From Candidatus Krumholzibacteriia bacterium (lineage in GTDB: Bacteria > Krumholzibacteriota > Krumholzibacteriia > LZORAL124-64-63), in the NCBI GenBank assembly GCA_050174015.1, contig JBFXKG010000006.1:64001-128000 (forward strand): DNA of 64,000 nucleotides. Direction: 5' to 3'. A program made the translations under genes and the position numbers. The notes beneath the pieces were generated by a model. It saw only the letters and a list, made by a program, of their open reading frames with translations. It ran no database searches and was not told where the DNA came from. This document shows, in pieces, positions 47,748 through 60,495 of the stretch (the first letter of the stretch is position 1; each line of letters opens with the position of its first letter).

Positions 47748-50051
47748 TCAGAGCAGGCCGTGCCGCCGCCTCAGGTACCATTCCACCGAGAGCAGGGCCA
47801 CCACGGCGACGAGGAAGGGCCAACCGGACCACAGCTCGTACCGTGACCGCTGGTACCGCTGCTCGCCCCGCCACTCGGTTCCGGCCAGGGCTTCCAGCAT
47901 TCTGGCCACCGCCTCCGGGTCGTTCGCATCGACGTACCGTGCACCCTGGAGCGAAGCCAGTTGCACCAGCCGCCGGCGATCCAGTCTCACCTGGGTCGTT
48001 TCCAGGGACCGGTTCACGATGGTCAGCAGCCGGGGCCGGCTCTGCGCCGGGGATTCCCCCTCGCCGACCAGGTGCACGGCGTACGTCCCCGGGGGCTGGG
48101 GAGGCACCTCCACCCCGGCGATCCCCGTTTCAGGATCGGTTTCCCCGAACCGGAAGGTCCGGACGGCCGTGGTGTCGGCGCCGGCCGAGCGGGGCCGCAT
48201 GACCAGGGAGATCCGGCCGTCGCGGACCGGCTCTCCCCGCATGTCCCGCCATCCCGCCTCCAGGCGGAGGGGCTGCCCGGCCTCGAAGAGGGGAAGCTCC
48301 CCGCGGAAGGCCAGGCCGCTGTTCTCCTCGCCGGTGGCCAGCCAGACCAGGATGTTCCGCAGGAGCCGCCGGCCCGGATGGTTCCGCGGATCGCGCCCCG
48401 CCGCCGGTCCTGACCGTTCCCAGAAGGCGAGTTCCCACAGCTCCCGGCCGCCGTACCAGCCGACCCGCCCGGCACCCACGTCCCCGAGGACCAGCAACGG
48501 GTGCCGCCCGCCCCGGCCGTCCTCGGCGGCCAGCAGGACGGATGCCTCAGGCCCCGGAACCGCGGCGATCAGCTCCCGCAGAGGAGGCAAGGACTGCAGT
48601 CCGCCCACGCCCGGATCCCCGCCCGGGCCCTCGGCGCCCCCCACCCCCGCCAGCACCGGATGCCCGACGGCCGCATCCGCCCGGGCGAGGAAGAACTCCC
48701 CGGAAGCCCAGCGCCGGACGCCCGGTGCCAGGGGCAGGATCGCCTCCAGCGGGGAATCCGCCGGCGGAACGACGGAACCGACCCCGGGACCCGGCGGGGC
48801 CGCCGGCAGGATGAGCAGGCCCAGCCCCCGGCGGACCGCCCCGGCCAGAGCGGCAAGGTCCAGGTCCCCCGGGGCGGCCAGGGCGCCCCAGCGATGCAGG
48901 ACCACTCCCTGGTACGCGCTCCATTCCTCGGCCGTCGCGGGGGAGCTCCAGGCCGTCAAGCTGTCGGCAAGGATGAGGCCGTCGTATCCCGGATAGACCA
49001 CGTCGAGATCCAGCCGGGCCTCTCCCCCGCCCGCCTGGGCGAGGAAACGCACGTCCCATCCCGGCATTCCGGAAAGGACGAGCACCCGGGATCGATCCTT
49101 CAGGACGTTGATCACCAGCGACGCGGAGTTGTTGCCGAGGAACCGCTCGTTGACACGCGGGGAAGCCTCGATCTCGAGGACCAGGGGCCCTTCCTCTTCC
49201 GCGATGAAGGTGAGGGTGGCGGGAGCGTGATCCCCCTGCATGACGACGCGGTCCGCCGCGAGTTCCCCGGCCGGACTTCGCAACCGCACCAGCACCGTGT
49301 CCGCCGCATCCCCGGCCGGGATGTCGAGGACCGCCAGCTCGATGGTGACCTCGTCCCCCCGGTGGACGCTGGGCGGATGGCGCACGTCCGCCACGACCCG
49401 GTCCGCGGGTCCGACGGGATCCCCCACGCCGACGACGAAGGAAGGTCCGGGCAGGGCGCCTCCCGGGGTTCCTTGACCCGACCGGGGGCCGGCCACCGTC
49501 TCCTGCCCGTCGCTGATCAGGATGGACGCCCGCACGGGGCGCCCCATGCGGATCCGCGGGGCTTGACGACGGAGCGCGTCGAGGTCCGTGCCGTGACGTC
49601 CTGGCGCCGGGATGACCGGATCGTCCAGACCGAACGGCTGAGCAGGCTCCAGCCCGTTGCCGCGGACCGGGACCAGCCTCACCGGCATCCCCGTCGAGCG
49701 GAGGGTCGAATCGACCGCGGCCGCCAGTTCCAGGGCCTCCTCCCACCGGCTCGCCGCCGGTGAACCGGGCCCAGCGGAGGCGTCGAGGGCCATGCTTCCG
49801 GAATCCTCCAGCACCAGGAGGACTTCCGCCGGGTCGGTCCGCACCAGGTGGCGCGAGATCACCGGAGCGCCGACCGCCGCCACCAGCAGGATCAGGGAGG
49901 TCGTCCTCAGGCCGGTCAGGAGCTTGCGCAGGCCGGGCCCGGCCTGGGGCCGGGTCCGGCGGTACGTGTGGACCGTGAACAGGGCGGCCCCCGCCGCCAG
50001 GACCAGCAGCAGGGGCCACAACCAGACTGGGATGGTCCAGTGGACCGCCAC
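47748..50051 (-). CDS. Membrane-anchored vWA-domain protein with GATase-like middle domain
   Basis: Two N-terminal TM helices, MIDAS-like EDSGSM..GTDL..ISDGQE, Ig-like segment, GMPGWDVRFL, C-terminal TM ending EWYLRRRHGLL. Confidence 0.8.
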   Translation of the reverse strand: MAVHWTIPVWLWPLLLVLAAGAALFTVHTYRRTRPQAGPGLRKLLTGLRTTSLILLVAAVGAPVISRHLVRTDPAEVLLVLEDSGSMALDASAGPGSPAASRWEEALELAAAVDSTLRSTGMPVRLVPVRGNGLEPAQPFGLDDPVIPAPGRHGTDLDALRRQAPRIRMGRPVRASILISDGQETVAGPRSGQGTPGGALPGPSFVVGVGDPVGPADRVVADVRHPPSVHRGDEVTIELAVLDIPAGDAADTVLVRLRSPAGELAADRVVMQGDHAPATLTFIAEEEGPLVLEIEASPRVNERFLGNNSASLVINVLKDRSRVLVLSGMPGWDVRFLAQAGGGEARLDLDVVYPGYDGLILADSLTAWSSPATAEEWSAYQGVVLHRWGALAAPGDLDLAALAGAVRRGLGLLILPAAPPGPGVGSVVPPADSPLEAILPLAPGVRRWASGEFFLARADAAVGHPVLAGVGGAEGPGGDPGVGGLQSLPPLRELIAAVPGPEASVLLAAEDGRGGRHPLLVLGDVGAGRVGWYGGRELWELAFWERSGPAAGRDPRNHPGRRLLRNILVWLATGEENSGLAFRGELPLFEAGQPLRLEAGWRDMRGEPVRDGRISLVMRPRSAGADTTAVRTFRFGETDPETGIAGVEVPPQPPGTYAVHLVGEGESPAQSRPRLLTIVNRSLETTQVRLDRRRLVQLASLQGARYVDANDPEAVARMLEALAGTEWRGEQRYQRSRYELWSGWPFLVAVVALLSVEWYLRRRHGLL

Positions 50052-50057
50052 GGGAAC

Positions 50058-52751
<2,694 letters not shown>

Positions 52752-52880
52752 TTTCACTCCTGGGGATCGAGGTCCTGGACGGGAACGGGATCCGGCCTGT
52801 CGCAACCAGCCGTTCCCGTCGATCGGGCTCCCGCCGGCTGACGGACGGCGCCGACCGTTCGGATTGAATCGTGCAGGTCA

Positions 52881-52908
52881 AATATCAGCCACTGCCGGAC
52901 CGGGTCAA
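52881..52908 (-). promoter_or_regulatory. Putative ppdK promoter
   Basis: TTGACC-N16-GATATT, immediately after the upstream terminator. Confidence 0.45.
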
Positions 52909-52911
52909 AGG

Positions 52912-52945
52912 AAAAAATAGGGTGCGGACAGGCGTTCCGCACCCT
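52912..52945 (-). terminator. Intrinsic terminator of the 60200-52972 operon
   Basis: Minus strand AGGGTGCGGA-N7-TCCGCACCCT-ATTTTTT. Confidence 0.8.
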
Positions 52946-52971
52946 GTTTCCGGTTCCCCGGTGGAGTCGGG

Positions 52972-55305
52972 TCAGCGAATGACCACCAGCCGTCCCCAGT
53001 AGGGCTCCTGCTGGGGCATCTCGACCCTGTAGAGGTAGACGCCGGGTGCGACCGACTCCCCGTCCCGGTTGTCGGTCTGCCAGTACATCTGCCCCTCCTC
53101 CTGCAGTTCCGGTCCCAGATCGATGACGTCGTCCCCGGCGGTGGTGAAGATCCGGATCCGGGAGCCGACGGGCAGGTTGGTGAACACCACGGTCCGTCCC
53201 TCGCCCCCCGGGATTCCCGCCCCCGGCCTGAGGGGGTTGGGGAACACGTAGATCTCCTCCCCGCCCACCGCGGGAGCCGCGGCCAGGTTGACCTGGACGA
53301 AGCTCTGGTTGCCCCACCCGGCGAACGGGGACAACTCGTCGCCCGGCCACCGCGGGGAGAACAGCATCTCGTTGGTGTTGTTCTGCGGCGTGGTCAGCGC
53401 GGTGTTCCCGTAATCGAAACTCGTCACCGAGTAGTAGTAGGAGAAGCCGTTGTAGACCTCGTCGTCGAAGTACCTGATCGTATCGGGCGTTTCGAAATTG
53501 AAGCAGGCGGCCCGCTTGGCGGCGAAGCACTGGGGAATGACCTCGTAGTTGCGGTCGCCGCAATAGCCTTCGATGCAATCCTCGGGGTTCACCCGGTCGA
53601 ACAGGCCGACCAGCACCGGATTCTCCCGGTCGTCGGCCGACGCGCGCCACACCGCCCAGCCCTGGAAGGTCTGGCCGACGAGCCTGAACTCGTCCTGGGG
53701 AAGGATGACCCCCTCGCCGAAGGTGATGTCCAGGCCGAGATCCAGGCTGCGGAGATCGGTCGAGGTGCCCGAGTCATAGGTGTCCGAAAGGGCCAGGGGG
53801 GTGCCGGGGGCGTAGATCCCGCCGCCATGGGTCCCCACCACCAGGTCGCCGCTCCCGTCGGGGGCCAGCAGCATCTGGTAGGCCTTGTTCAGCAGGAGCT
53901 GAGAGGAGAACATGGACCAGGTCAGGCCCCCGTCGGCGCTCACGAGCAGGCCGTGACCGTCCTCGAGCGCGTAGATCCTCCCGGGAACGGTGGGATCGGC
54001 CAGGAGCTTCATGCGGGTCAGGAGCGCCAGGTTCACAGGCTGCACGTCCACGCCCGTGGGAACCCAGGTGTCCCCGCCGTCGGCGGTCACGTACAGGCCC
54101 TTCTGCTCGATGGCCTGGACGATCCTCTGAGGATCCGAGGGATCGACCACCGCCGACACGGAACTGTTGACCCAGGCCGCGGGGCTTCCGGCCACGGGCA
54201 CGACGAGATCGCCGTACAGGTCGTGCCAGGTCCCGCCGCCGTCGAGGGACTCGAAGACGCCGTGGAAGAGCAGGGTGGCGAGGATCCTTTCCGGATTGTT
54301 GGGATCGCCGGAGAAGCTGGTGATGGTCGGCAGGACGATCATCGATTCGGCGACGTCCAGGGTTTCCCGGACCGTGATGTCCAGGCGCGAGAAGGTCAGG
54401 CCGTCGTCATCGGAGACGAACAGGCCGTAATTGCTCAGGAAGACGAGGAGCCTGTCCCCCACCCAGGACACCGCCCGGACGGTGAAGGTCGTCGGCATGG
54501 TGTCGAAGGGATCGCCGAACTGGGTGGTCCACTGGGTGAAGGTCTGTCCTCCGTCGCGGGTCACGAACAGGCCGGACCGGGTGGTCCCGACCACGAACCG
54601 GTCCGCGCCCGAGGGGGAGATCTTCACGTGGTTGATGAGGGTGCCGGATCCGAAGATTTCGGGGGCGAGCCTGGTCCAGGCCCCGTCCCGGTAACGGTAA
54701 AGGCCCGCGGGTTCGGTGTCGAGGGCCTGGCCCCGGGTCAGGCCCGCCACGCGGCACCCGTCGGCGCACTGGTCCATGGCCACCACGTTGACCTGCTTCC
54801 AGGACATGGGCAGCCCTGCATTCTCCTGGGCCCAGGTTCCGGCGGCCGTGTCGTGTCGCCAGAACCCGCCGTTGTTGGCCAGGTTCAACTGGCCTGAGAG
54901 GCTGCCGTAGGTCGCGGGACCCTCATGCCGCCAGTTGACGGTCAGGGATCGTGCCTGGGCGCCGCCCACGGACCCGGAATCGGTGGTGGAGAACCGGAAG
55001 ACCCGGTCGACCCGGTCCCCGAACCCCCCGGAGACATCCACGGGGAAGTGAAGGCCGGCGGTATCGCTCAGGCTGAAACAGGTCGCCTGGCCCAGGTCGA
55101 GGTCGGGCCAGCTCACGACCATCCCCAGCCGGCCTTCGGTCTGCAGATGGAGGTCGAGGGCTTCGGGGGAGATGAGATAGAGGGAATCGGCCGCACAGGC
55201 GGCATCCGGGGTCTGGGCCCCCGCGAATCCCGCGGGAACCAGAAGGGCGGCCGCGGCCAGCAATACCATGCAGGATCGCATCGTCATGGCGCTCCCAGTC
55301 TTCAT
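52972..55305 (-). CDS. Secreted BNR/Asp-box beta-propeller protein with C-terminal sorting-like domain
   Basis: Signal peptide (..FAGA); Asp-boxes TRDGGQTF, SDDDGLTF, SLDGGGTW, TADGGDTW, SADGGLTW; NGFSYYYSVTSFD; tail VFPNP..FTNLP..IRIFT..GVYLYRV..LVVIR. Confidence 0.85.
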   Translation of the reverse strand: MKTGSAMTMRSCMVLLAAAALLVPAGFAGAQTPDAACAADSLYLISPEALDLHLQTEGRLGMVVSWPDLDLGQATCFSLSDTAGLHFPVDVSGGFGDRVDRVFRFSTTDSGSVGGAQARSLTVNWRHEGPATYGSLSGQLNLANNGGFWRHDTAAGTWAQENAGLPMSWKQVNVVAMDQCADGCRVAGLTRGQALDTEPAGLYRYRDGAWTRLAPEIFGSGTLINHVKISPSGADRFVVGTTRSGLFVTRDGGQTFTQWTTQFGDPFDTMPTTFTVRAVSWVGDRLLVFLSNYGLFVSDDDGLTFSRLDITVRETLDVAESMIVLPTITSFSGDPNNPERILATLLFHGVFESLDGGGTWHDLYGDLVVPVAGSPAAWVNSSVSAVVDPSDPQRIVQAIEQKGLYVTADGGDTWVPTGVDVQPVNLALLTRMKLLADPTVPGRIYALEDGHGLLVSADGGLTWSMFSSQLLLNKAYQMLLAPDGSGDLVVGTHGGGIYAPGTPLALSDTYDSGTSTDLRSLDLGLDITFGEGVILPQDEFRLVGQTFQGWAVWRASADDRENPVLVGLFDRVNPEDCIEGYCGDRNYEVIPQCFAAKRAACFNFETPDTIRYFDDEVYNGFSYYYSVTSFDYGNTALTTPQNNTNEMLFSPRWPGDELSPFAGWGNQSFVQVNLAAAPAVGGEEIYVFPNPLRPGAGIPGGEGRTVVFTNLPVGSRIRIFTTAGDDVIDLGPELQEEGQMYWQTDNRDGESVAPGVYLYRVEMPQQEPYWGRLVVIR

Positions 55306-55373
55306 TCACTCCTGCCTTTCCGTTACCTGGCGCCGCCGCTGCGGCGTGGCATCCCCGCCGGGATGCAGAGGAC

Positions 55374-57842
55374 TTACTGATTGATGGACAGGCCGAAATA
55401 CTGCAAAACCCAGCGGATGGCCTTCTTGGTCCCTTCGGCGTCGAAGCGGTAGGGATCGAAGCCCCAGTAGACGTCGGCCTTCTTGCTCGGCTTGTCCTGG
55501 ACCATCTTGTAGGAGAAGTAACCGAAAACCTTGCCGTTGGTCTTGGCGCTGCCGCGGGACAGATCGCCGTAGCTGGTGAGGGCCTGGGTCCCGCAGATCT
55601 CCTCGAGCGTGAAGGCGTCGTAGGCGCTGTCCGGCCATTCGGGGTCGCCCCGGCGCTTGTTGTACTCCCGCAACCAGTCGAAGCGGGCGATGCCCCGGAA
55701 CATGGGCTCGATGCACAGGCCGCCGGGGGCATCGGTCGCATCGCACTCCTGGGCGATCATGGGCTGGGGACGATTCGCGAGGTTGGCGTCCACGAACTCG
55801 TCGTTCCGGAACGGGAAGCTCTGGGTCGGCAGGTTCAGGGTGTCGGCGTTGGCCGAGACCACGTCCTGCCAGTCGATCTCCGGATTGGTGTACATCGTGT
55901 CCGGGATGACCCCGGGGCCGATGCCCTGGTGCGACTTGAAGTCAGGGTCGAGGACGAGGCCCTTCAGCCCGGCGCAGGCCACGTTGCGGTCATCCTTCGC
56001 CGTCGAGATGCGCCCGTAGATGAACTTCCCCTGGGGGGAGGTCCAGTCCAGGGAGGCGATGCCGACCGTGGCGTACGGGTACATCAGGGGGCCGCGCTGG
56101 ACCACCGTCTCGTCGGGCAGGGTCCGGGTGCCGAAGCCGGCGATGAATTCCTGGTTGCCGATGAACAGGCGGGGTTCGCGGGCGTCGAAGATGATGGGAA
56201 GGGCGTAATTGCTGGCGGGGGCAAGGAAGGATTCCATGCTGCCGCCGCCGATCAGGAAGAAGTTGCCGCCGCGTTCCTGGTAGGGCCCCAGCCAGTTGAA
56301 CTGGTCGCTGCCGTTGTCGTTGGGCCGGAACTGGTCCATCATCAGCTGGGCGTCGTTGTACTGGGCGTAGCAGAGGACCGCACTGTACTTGACCAGGTCG
56401 GCGTACTTGGGGATCCGGGTGTGGTCCATCCAGTCCCGCTCCCAGTTCAGGTCGGCGACCCCGCCGGATCCGTCACCCAGGAAACGCCAGTAGGCGTTGC
56501 GGTAGGCCTCGTCGTTGCGGGGGTTGCCGCTCTGGTCGGGCCAGTTCTGCACCCGGTTGTCCACCACCTGGTCGATGATCAGCAGGGGCAGCTGGAACTG
56601 GGGATCGACGTACGGGATGACGGTGACGTTGCGTTTGAGAAGCATGACCTGCTGGGAATCGTCCTCGACCCTCAGCCAGAACGTGTGCAACCCCTGGGGA
56701 TAACGCCTCTCGGCGTCGAACTTGTTCTGGGCCGAGAGCCCCGGGGGGACCGCCCAGCCCGGGTCGGCGGGATCGTCTGGTCTGGTCAGATCCCAGCCGT
56801 GCCGGAACGAGACGACCTCGCCGTTGTAGGAGGTGGCCGACGCGGTCCAGCTGAAGTTGATGGGCTGGTTGGCGGCGACCTCGTAATCGGCCGTGTTCAT
56901 GACGCTGGAACCCAGGAAGGGTTCGCCGAGGTCCACCAGGGGCCGGTAGAAGCCGTCCTTGATCAGGACGTGCCCCACCTCGATCTGGTAACCGAAGCCG
57001 ACGCTGACGGCGCCGGCGGTGTCCTGCACCTGGACAGCGAAAAGGTAGTAGTCCCCCGGGGTCTGCTGCGGGAAAGCCACCTTCCGGTCTTCCTCGAGGG
57101 GCTTGTACCTGATCCAGGAGGACCAGTCCGGGTCGTCGAAGTTCAGGACCTGGTCGTACCAGCGGTTGTAGGCGTAACGCGTGCTGATGGGGGCCCCGGT
57201 CGGATCGAGGGCCTTCTTCCAGAGGAACCGCACCTTGGTGGGGATGCGCAGGTCGAAGTCGGAATCGATGCCCGACCAGCCGATGTTCACCGTCGGGGGC
57301 ACGATCTTCGGCCCCTGGGCGTTGAGCTGCGGGAAGACGGCGCGGCACGTGGGCACGATGGTGGTGGAGGTGAACGAGATGTAGGCCGGCGTGGGATCCT
57401 TGGCGCCCTTGTCGTCCACCGCCCGGATGAAGAGGCTGTGCGACCGGAAGCTGCGGGGATCGCCCGCGGGATCCCCGGGGAAGTCTTCCTGGTCGGCCAG
57501 GACGAAGAACGTGGAGTCGTTCCCGGCGGTGAACCGCCAGGGGTTCAGGATCGCCCCGGTCAGGGGATCCTGGGTCAGCGTGTCCCTCGGGCTGATCCCG
57601 TCGAGCCCGTTGTCGCTGATCTTCCACTCGTAGCCCACGATCTTGCCGTCGGGATCGGACCCGGTCCAGTTGAATTCCACGGCGAAACCGGCCTCCAGCA
57701 ACGTGGGCGGCTGGCCCGTGATGCGGGTGTCCGGACGGGCGTTGGGAATCCGCACCCCCCCCAACTCGGTATCCGTCGAGCAGGCCGCAAGGCCGAGGAT
57801 CAGTCCCCCGGCAACGATCATGGTCAAGGCACGCTTGAGCAT
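55374..57842 (-). CDS. Large lipoprotein with Ig-like repeats
   Basis: Lipobox LAAC; NARPDTRI..WTGSDPDG..GYEW..RAVDDKGAKDPTPA; further beta-sandwich repeats; C-terminal alpha/beta domain. Confidence 0.85.
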   Translation of the reverse strand: MLKRALTMIVAGGLILGLAACSTDTELGGVRIPNARPDTRITGQPPTLLEAGFAVEFNWTGSDPDGKIVGYEWKISDNGLDGISPRDTLTQDPLTGAILNPWRFTAGNDSTFFVLADQEDFPGDPAGDPRSFRSHSLFIRAVDDKGAKDPTPAYISFTSTTIVPTCRAVFPQLNAQGPKIVPPTVNIGWSGIDSDFDLRIPTKVRFLWKKALDPTGAPISTRYAYNRWYDQVLNFDDPDWSSWIRYKPLEEDRKVAFPQQTPGDYYLFAVQVQDTAGAVSVGFGYQIEVGHVLIKDGFYRPLVDLGEPFLGSSVMNTADYEVAANQPINFSWTASATSYNGEVVSFRHGWDLTRPDDPADPGWAVPPGLSAQNKFDAERRYPQGLHTFWLRVEDDSQQVMLLKRNVTVIPYVDPQFQLPLLIIDQVVDNRVQNWPDQSGNPRNDEAYRNAYWRFLGDGSGGVADLNWERDWMDHTRIPKYADLVKYSAVLCYAQYNDAQLMMDQFRPNDNGSDQFNWLGPYQERGGNFFLIGGGSMESFLAPASNYALPIIFDAREPRLFIGNQEFIAGFGTRTLPDETVVQRGPLMYPYATVGIASLDWTSPQGKFIYGRISTAKDDRNVACAGLKGLVLDPDFKSHQGIGPGVIPDTMYTNPEIDWQDVVSANADTLNLPTQSFPFRNDEFVDANLANRPQPMIAQECDATDAPGGLCIEPMFRGIARFDWLREYNKRRGDPEWPDSAYDAFTLEEICGTQALTSYGDLSRGSAKTNGKVFGYFSYKMVQDKPSKKADVYWGFDPYRFDAEGTKKAIRWVLQYFGLSINQ

Positions 57843-57869
57843 TGAGAGTCTCCTCGGTCCGCTGGTCGC

Positions 57870-60200
57870 CTAGAACTCACCCGCATTCACGCATTCGAAG
57901 TCCCCTTCGGGCGTTTTCACGATGATCCGGAAGCGCTTGGTCACCGGATCGCCGTCCAGACTGGCCATGGCCCCCTGCGAAAGGGTCAGGCCCTGCTGGA
58001 TATCCGGGATGGAGAGGTTGAGGGTACAGTCCCGCCACGTCTGGCCGCCGAGGAGTTCGGCCACCGATGGCCGCACCTGGCGGAAAAGGTTGTACTGCGC
58101 AGGCCGGGTGGGCACGAAGCCGCACGCCGTCTGATCCAGGGCGACGGCCTGGATCGTTCCCGAACCGCTCTGCCGGATGCTCTTCTCGAAAAGGCTCTGG
58201 GCGAGTTCGGAGTCGTTCCCCGCGATCTGGAACTGCAGGTAGTTGTTGAGGTAGAACGTGGGCCCGACCTGGATCAGGGACGCCGGCACCGCGACGTCCA
58301 CGGCGATCTTCCAGATCCCGGTGGCGGAGTTGATGGTCACGCCCGTGTTGGAACCCCCGGTTCCCCAGGTGGGCTCGTTGAGGTCGTCGTTTCCTCCCCC
58401 GTCCTTGATCTGGTTGAAGGGGTCGCAACCGTAATCGACCTGGTACTTCCAGGCCATCATGCGGTTCAGCGGCTGGCTCCAGCGCTCCCGGGCGTCGTCC
58501 TGTCCGTGCAGCAGGACCTGCATCCGGTACAGCCGGGCCTCGATCTTGTAGTTGGCCGCCCCCTGACCGGCCGTGTCGGTCACCGTCTGGGTGAAGCCGG
58601 AGGCCTTGTCGACCAGGATGAAGGCCGGCCCGACGAATTCGAGGTCGTTGGGCCCGATCCCCTGGGTGGTGACGTTGAAGACCGTTTCGCCGTCGAAGCA
58701 CTCATGGCTGCCCAGGTTGTCGTAGCACTCCACGTCGGACCCGAACTGGGAAGTGCTGAAGGACTTGGGCAGGATCTCCAGGCACTGGACGCAGGGCGGG
58801 AACCCGACGTCGAAGGATAGGGTGGCCGGCGAGCCGTCCCGGCGGCCATGCTCGTCCAGGGCCTGCATGGCGATGGTGAATTCGGTGTTGGGCGCGGTCA
58901 GGAAGCCCAGGGTGTCGGCGTACCAGCCGTTCTCGGTGGCGGCGGGCCACGTGGGCTGGTAGTTCACCTCGCTGGTCTCGGAGAAGAAGCTGAATTCCCC
59001 GCCGAAGAAGTTCTGGCGGATACCCTGGAGAAAGCCGGTGAACGCGATTCCGAAGTCGGGATCCAGCTTGCCGTCCCGGGGATCGTCCCGGGCGAGGGCC
59101 TTGACCACGACGTAGGTGCGGTCCGGGATCCGTTCGTTCGGCAGGAAGTGATGCCGCTCCTGGGCCGGGTCATTGAGCCGGATGTAATACGGATATTCCT
59201 GGGAATCTTCGGGGTGCTCGGGATCGAGCCCCACCACCATCCTGGTCTCCGGGTCGTAGTTGACCACGAAGCTGAACGGCCGCATGAAATTGGCCACCTC
59301 GACGCCCGCGACGTCCAGCGAGTTGACCTCCAGACCGACGGCGCCGCTGGGCAGGAGCTTCTGGAAGGGATTGGACCCCGACCCGTTGTTCAGGAAGAGC
59401 AGGTTGTTCCGGGGCCCGAAGTAGGAGAAGCTGTCGCCGGACGCCTCGTTGAACTTCCGGGGCGACCAGCAGTCGGTCAGGGAGGGGACGCAGTTCCCTC
59501 CCAGCTCGCCGATGATGCGCCACTTGTAGCCGTACAGCCCCTCGAACGGAGGAACGGTGTCCACCAGGGCCAGGGCCGCCGGATCGTACCCGCGAACGTT
59601 GGGAGAGCTGCCCGACCAGTAGACGTGGTAGGGCAAACCGAAACCCACGGTGTCGGACTGGCCGGAGGCGATGGGGATGGTGTCGGGCCCGTCGATCCTG
59701 AAGAACCGGATGACGGGATTGCCCAGGGTGTTGCTGAAGAAGTACAGGCGGGCGGGAGTCCGGTCGAAATCGCCGAAGTCGTCCACCGCCACCATGTGCA
59801 GGGTCATGTCGTACGAGGGATTGACGCCCTGGTTGATGGCGAAGTTGAACACCGAATCGGTCCTGGTGGTCCAGTGCCCGATCTCCAGGGTGCTGGCGTC
59901 GAGGGCGGGATTGAACCTGACGTCCTCCTCGTCGTCGGTGGTGTCCTCGTCCTGGACCGTGGTGTCCGTCAGGGCCCAGACGAACCTCTCGACCCGGCCG
60001 TCCTCGTCCGACCCGTACCAGAAGACGTGGAAGTGGTAGTACCCTCCGCCCTCCTCGACCGGGGCGCCGATGATGTAGGTTTCGGGGGCCTTGTTCACGA
60101 TGACGGCTTCGGGTTCGAAGGCCCGGCAACCAGTCAGCACCAGAGCGAACAGGGCCATCGCAGCCAACAGCCCCAATCCGGAATTTCGCGTCATCCTCAT
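57870..60200 (-). CDS. Large lipoprotein with Ig-like repeats (N-terminus paralogous to 55374-57842)
   Basis: Lipobox LTGC after MRMTRNSG; NKAPETYI..WYGSDEDG..VAVDDFGDFDRTPA; the motif recurs as ALDEHGRRDGSPA. Start 60200 or 60194. Confidence 0.85.
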   Translation of the reverse strand: MRMTRNSGLGLLAAMALFALVLTGCRAFEPEAVIVNKAPETYIIGAPVEEGGGYYHFHVFWYGSDEDGRVERFVWALTDTTVQDEDTTDDEEDVRFNPALDASTLEIGHWTTRTDSVFNFAINQGVNPSYDMTLHMVAVDDFGDFDRTPARLYFFSNTLGNPVIRFFRIDGPDTIPIASGQSDTVGFGLPYHVYWSGSSPNVRGYDPAALALVDTVPPFEGLYGYKWRIIGELGGNCVPSLTDCWSPRKFNEASGDSFSYFGPRNNLLFLNNGSGSNPFQKLLPSGAVGLEVNSLDVAGVEVANFMRPFSFVVNYDPETRMVVGLDPEHPEDSQEYPYYIRLNDPAQERHHFLPNERIPDRTYVVVKALARDDPRDGKLDPDFGIAFTGFLQGIRQNFFGGEFSFFSETSEVNYQPTWPAATENGWYADTLGFLTAPNTEFTIAMQALDEHGRRDGSPATLSFDVGFPPCVQCLEILPKSFSTSQFGSDVECYDNLGSHECFDGETVFNVTTQGIGPNDLEFVGPAFILVDKASGFTQTVTDTAGQGAANYKIEARLYRMQVLLHGQDDARERWSQPLNRMMAWKYQVDYGCDPFNQIKDGGGNDDLNEPTWGTGGSNTGVTINSATGIWKIAVDVAVPASLIQVGPTFYLNNYLQFQIAGNDSELAQSLFEKSIRQSGSGTIQAVALDQTACGFVPTRPAQYNLFRQVRPSVAELLGGQTWRDCTLNLSIPDIQQGLTLSQGAMASLDGDPVTKRFRIIVKTPEGDFECVNAGEF

Positions 60201-60335
60201 ACTGGTTTGCGTCCTCCGGGAAGCACAAGCGGTACAACGTGTTTCAACAAGGTCGCCGAGGTGGGTCGGGCGACGGGAAACCCTGCAGCTCTGGGAGTGC
60301 GGGTCCGTGGAGATCATCGATTTTTCAGCTTCTGA

Positions 60336-60365
60336 AATATAGGGATTGGCCTTACCCGGTGTCAA
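60336..60365 (-). promoter_or_regulatory. Putative promoter of the lipoprotein operon
   Basis: TTGACA-N18-TATATT. Confidence 0.6.
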
Positions 60366-60431
60366 CCAGAAGGTTCCCTTCATCCGATCCCATCCCGGGA
60401 AAATCACGTCGGATCCGGCATCCCGACCACG

Positions 60432-60464
60432 AAAAGGAGCGGTCCCCCGAGGGGGACCGCTCCC
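60432..60464 (-). terminator. Intrinsic terminator of the 63540 gene
   Basis: Minus strand GGAGCGGTCCCC-CTCG-GGGGACCGCTCC-TTTT. Confidence 0.88.
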
Positions 60465-60495
60465 GTCAAGCTTCCGCTGAAGGAATCCCGAAGGA

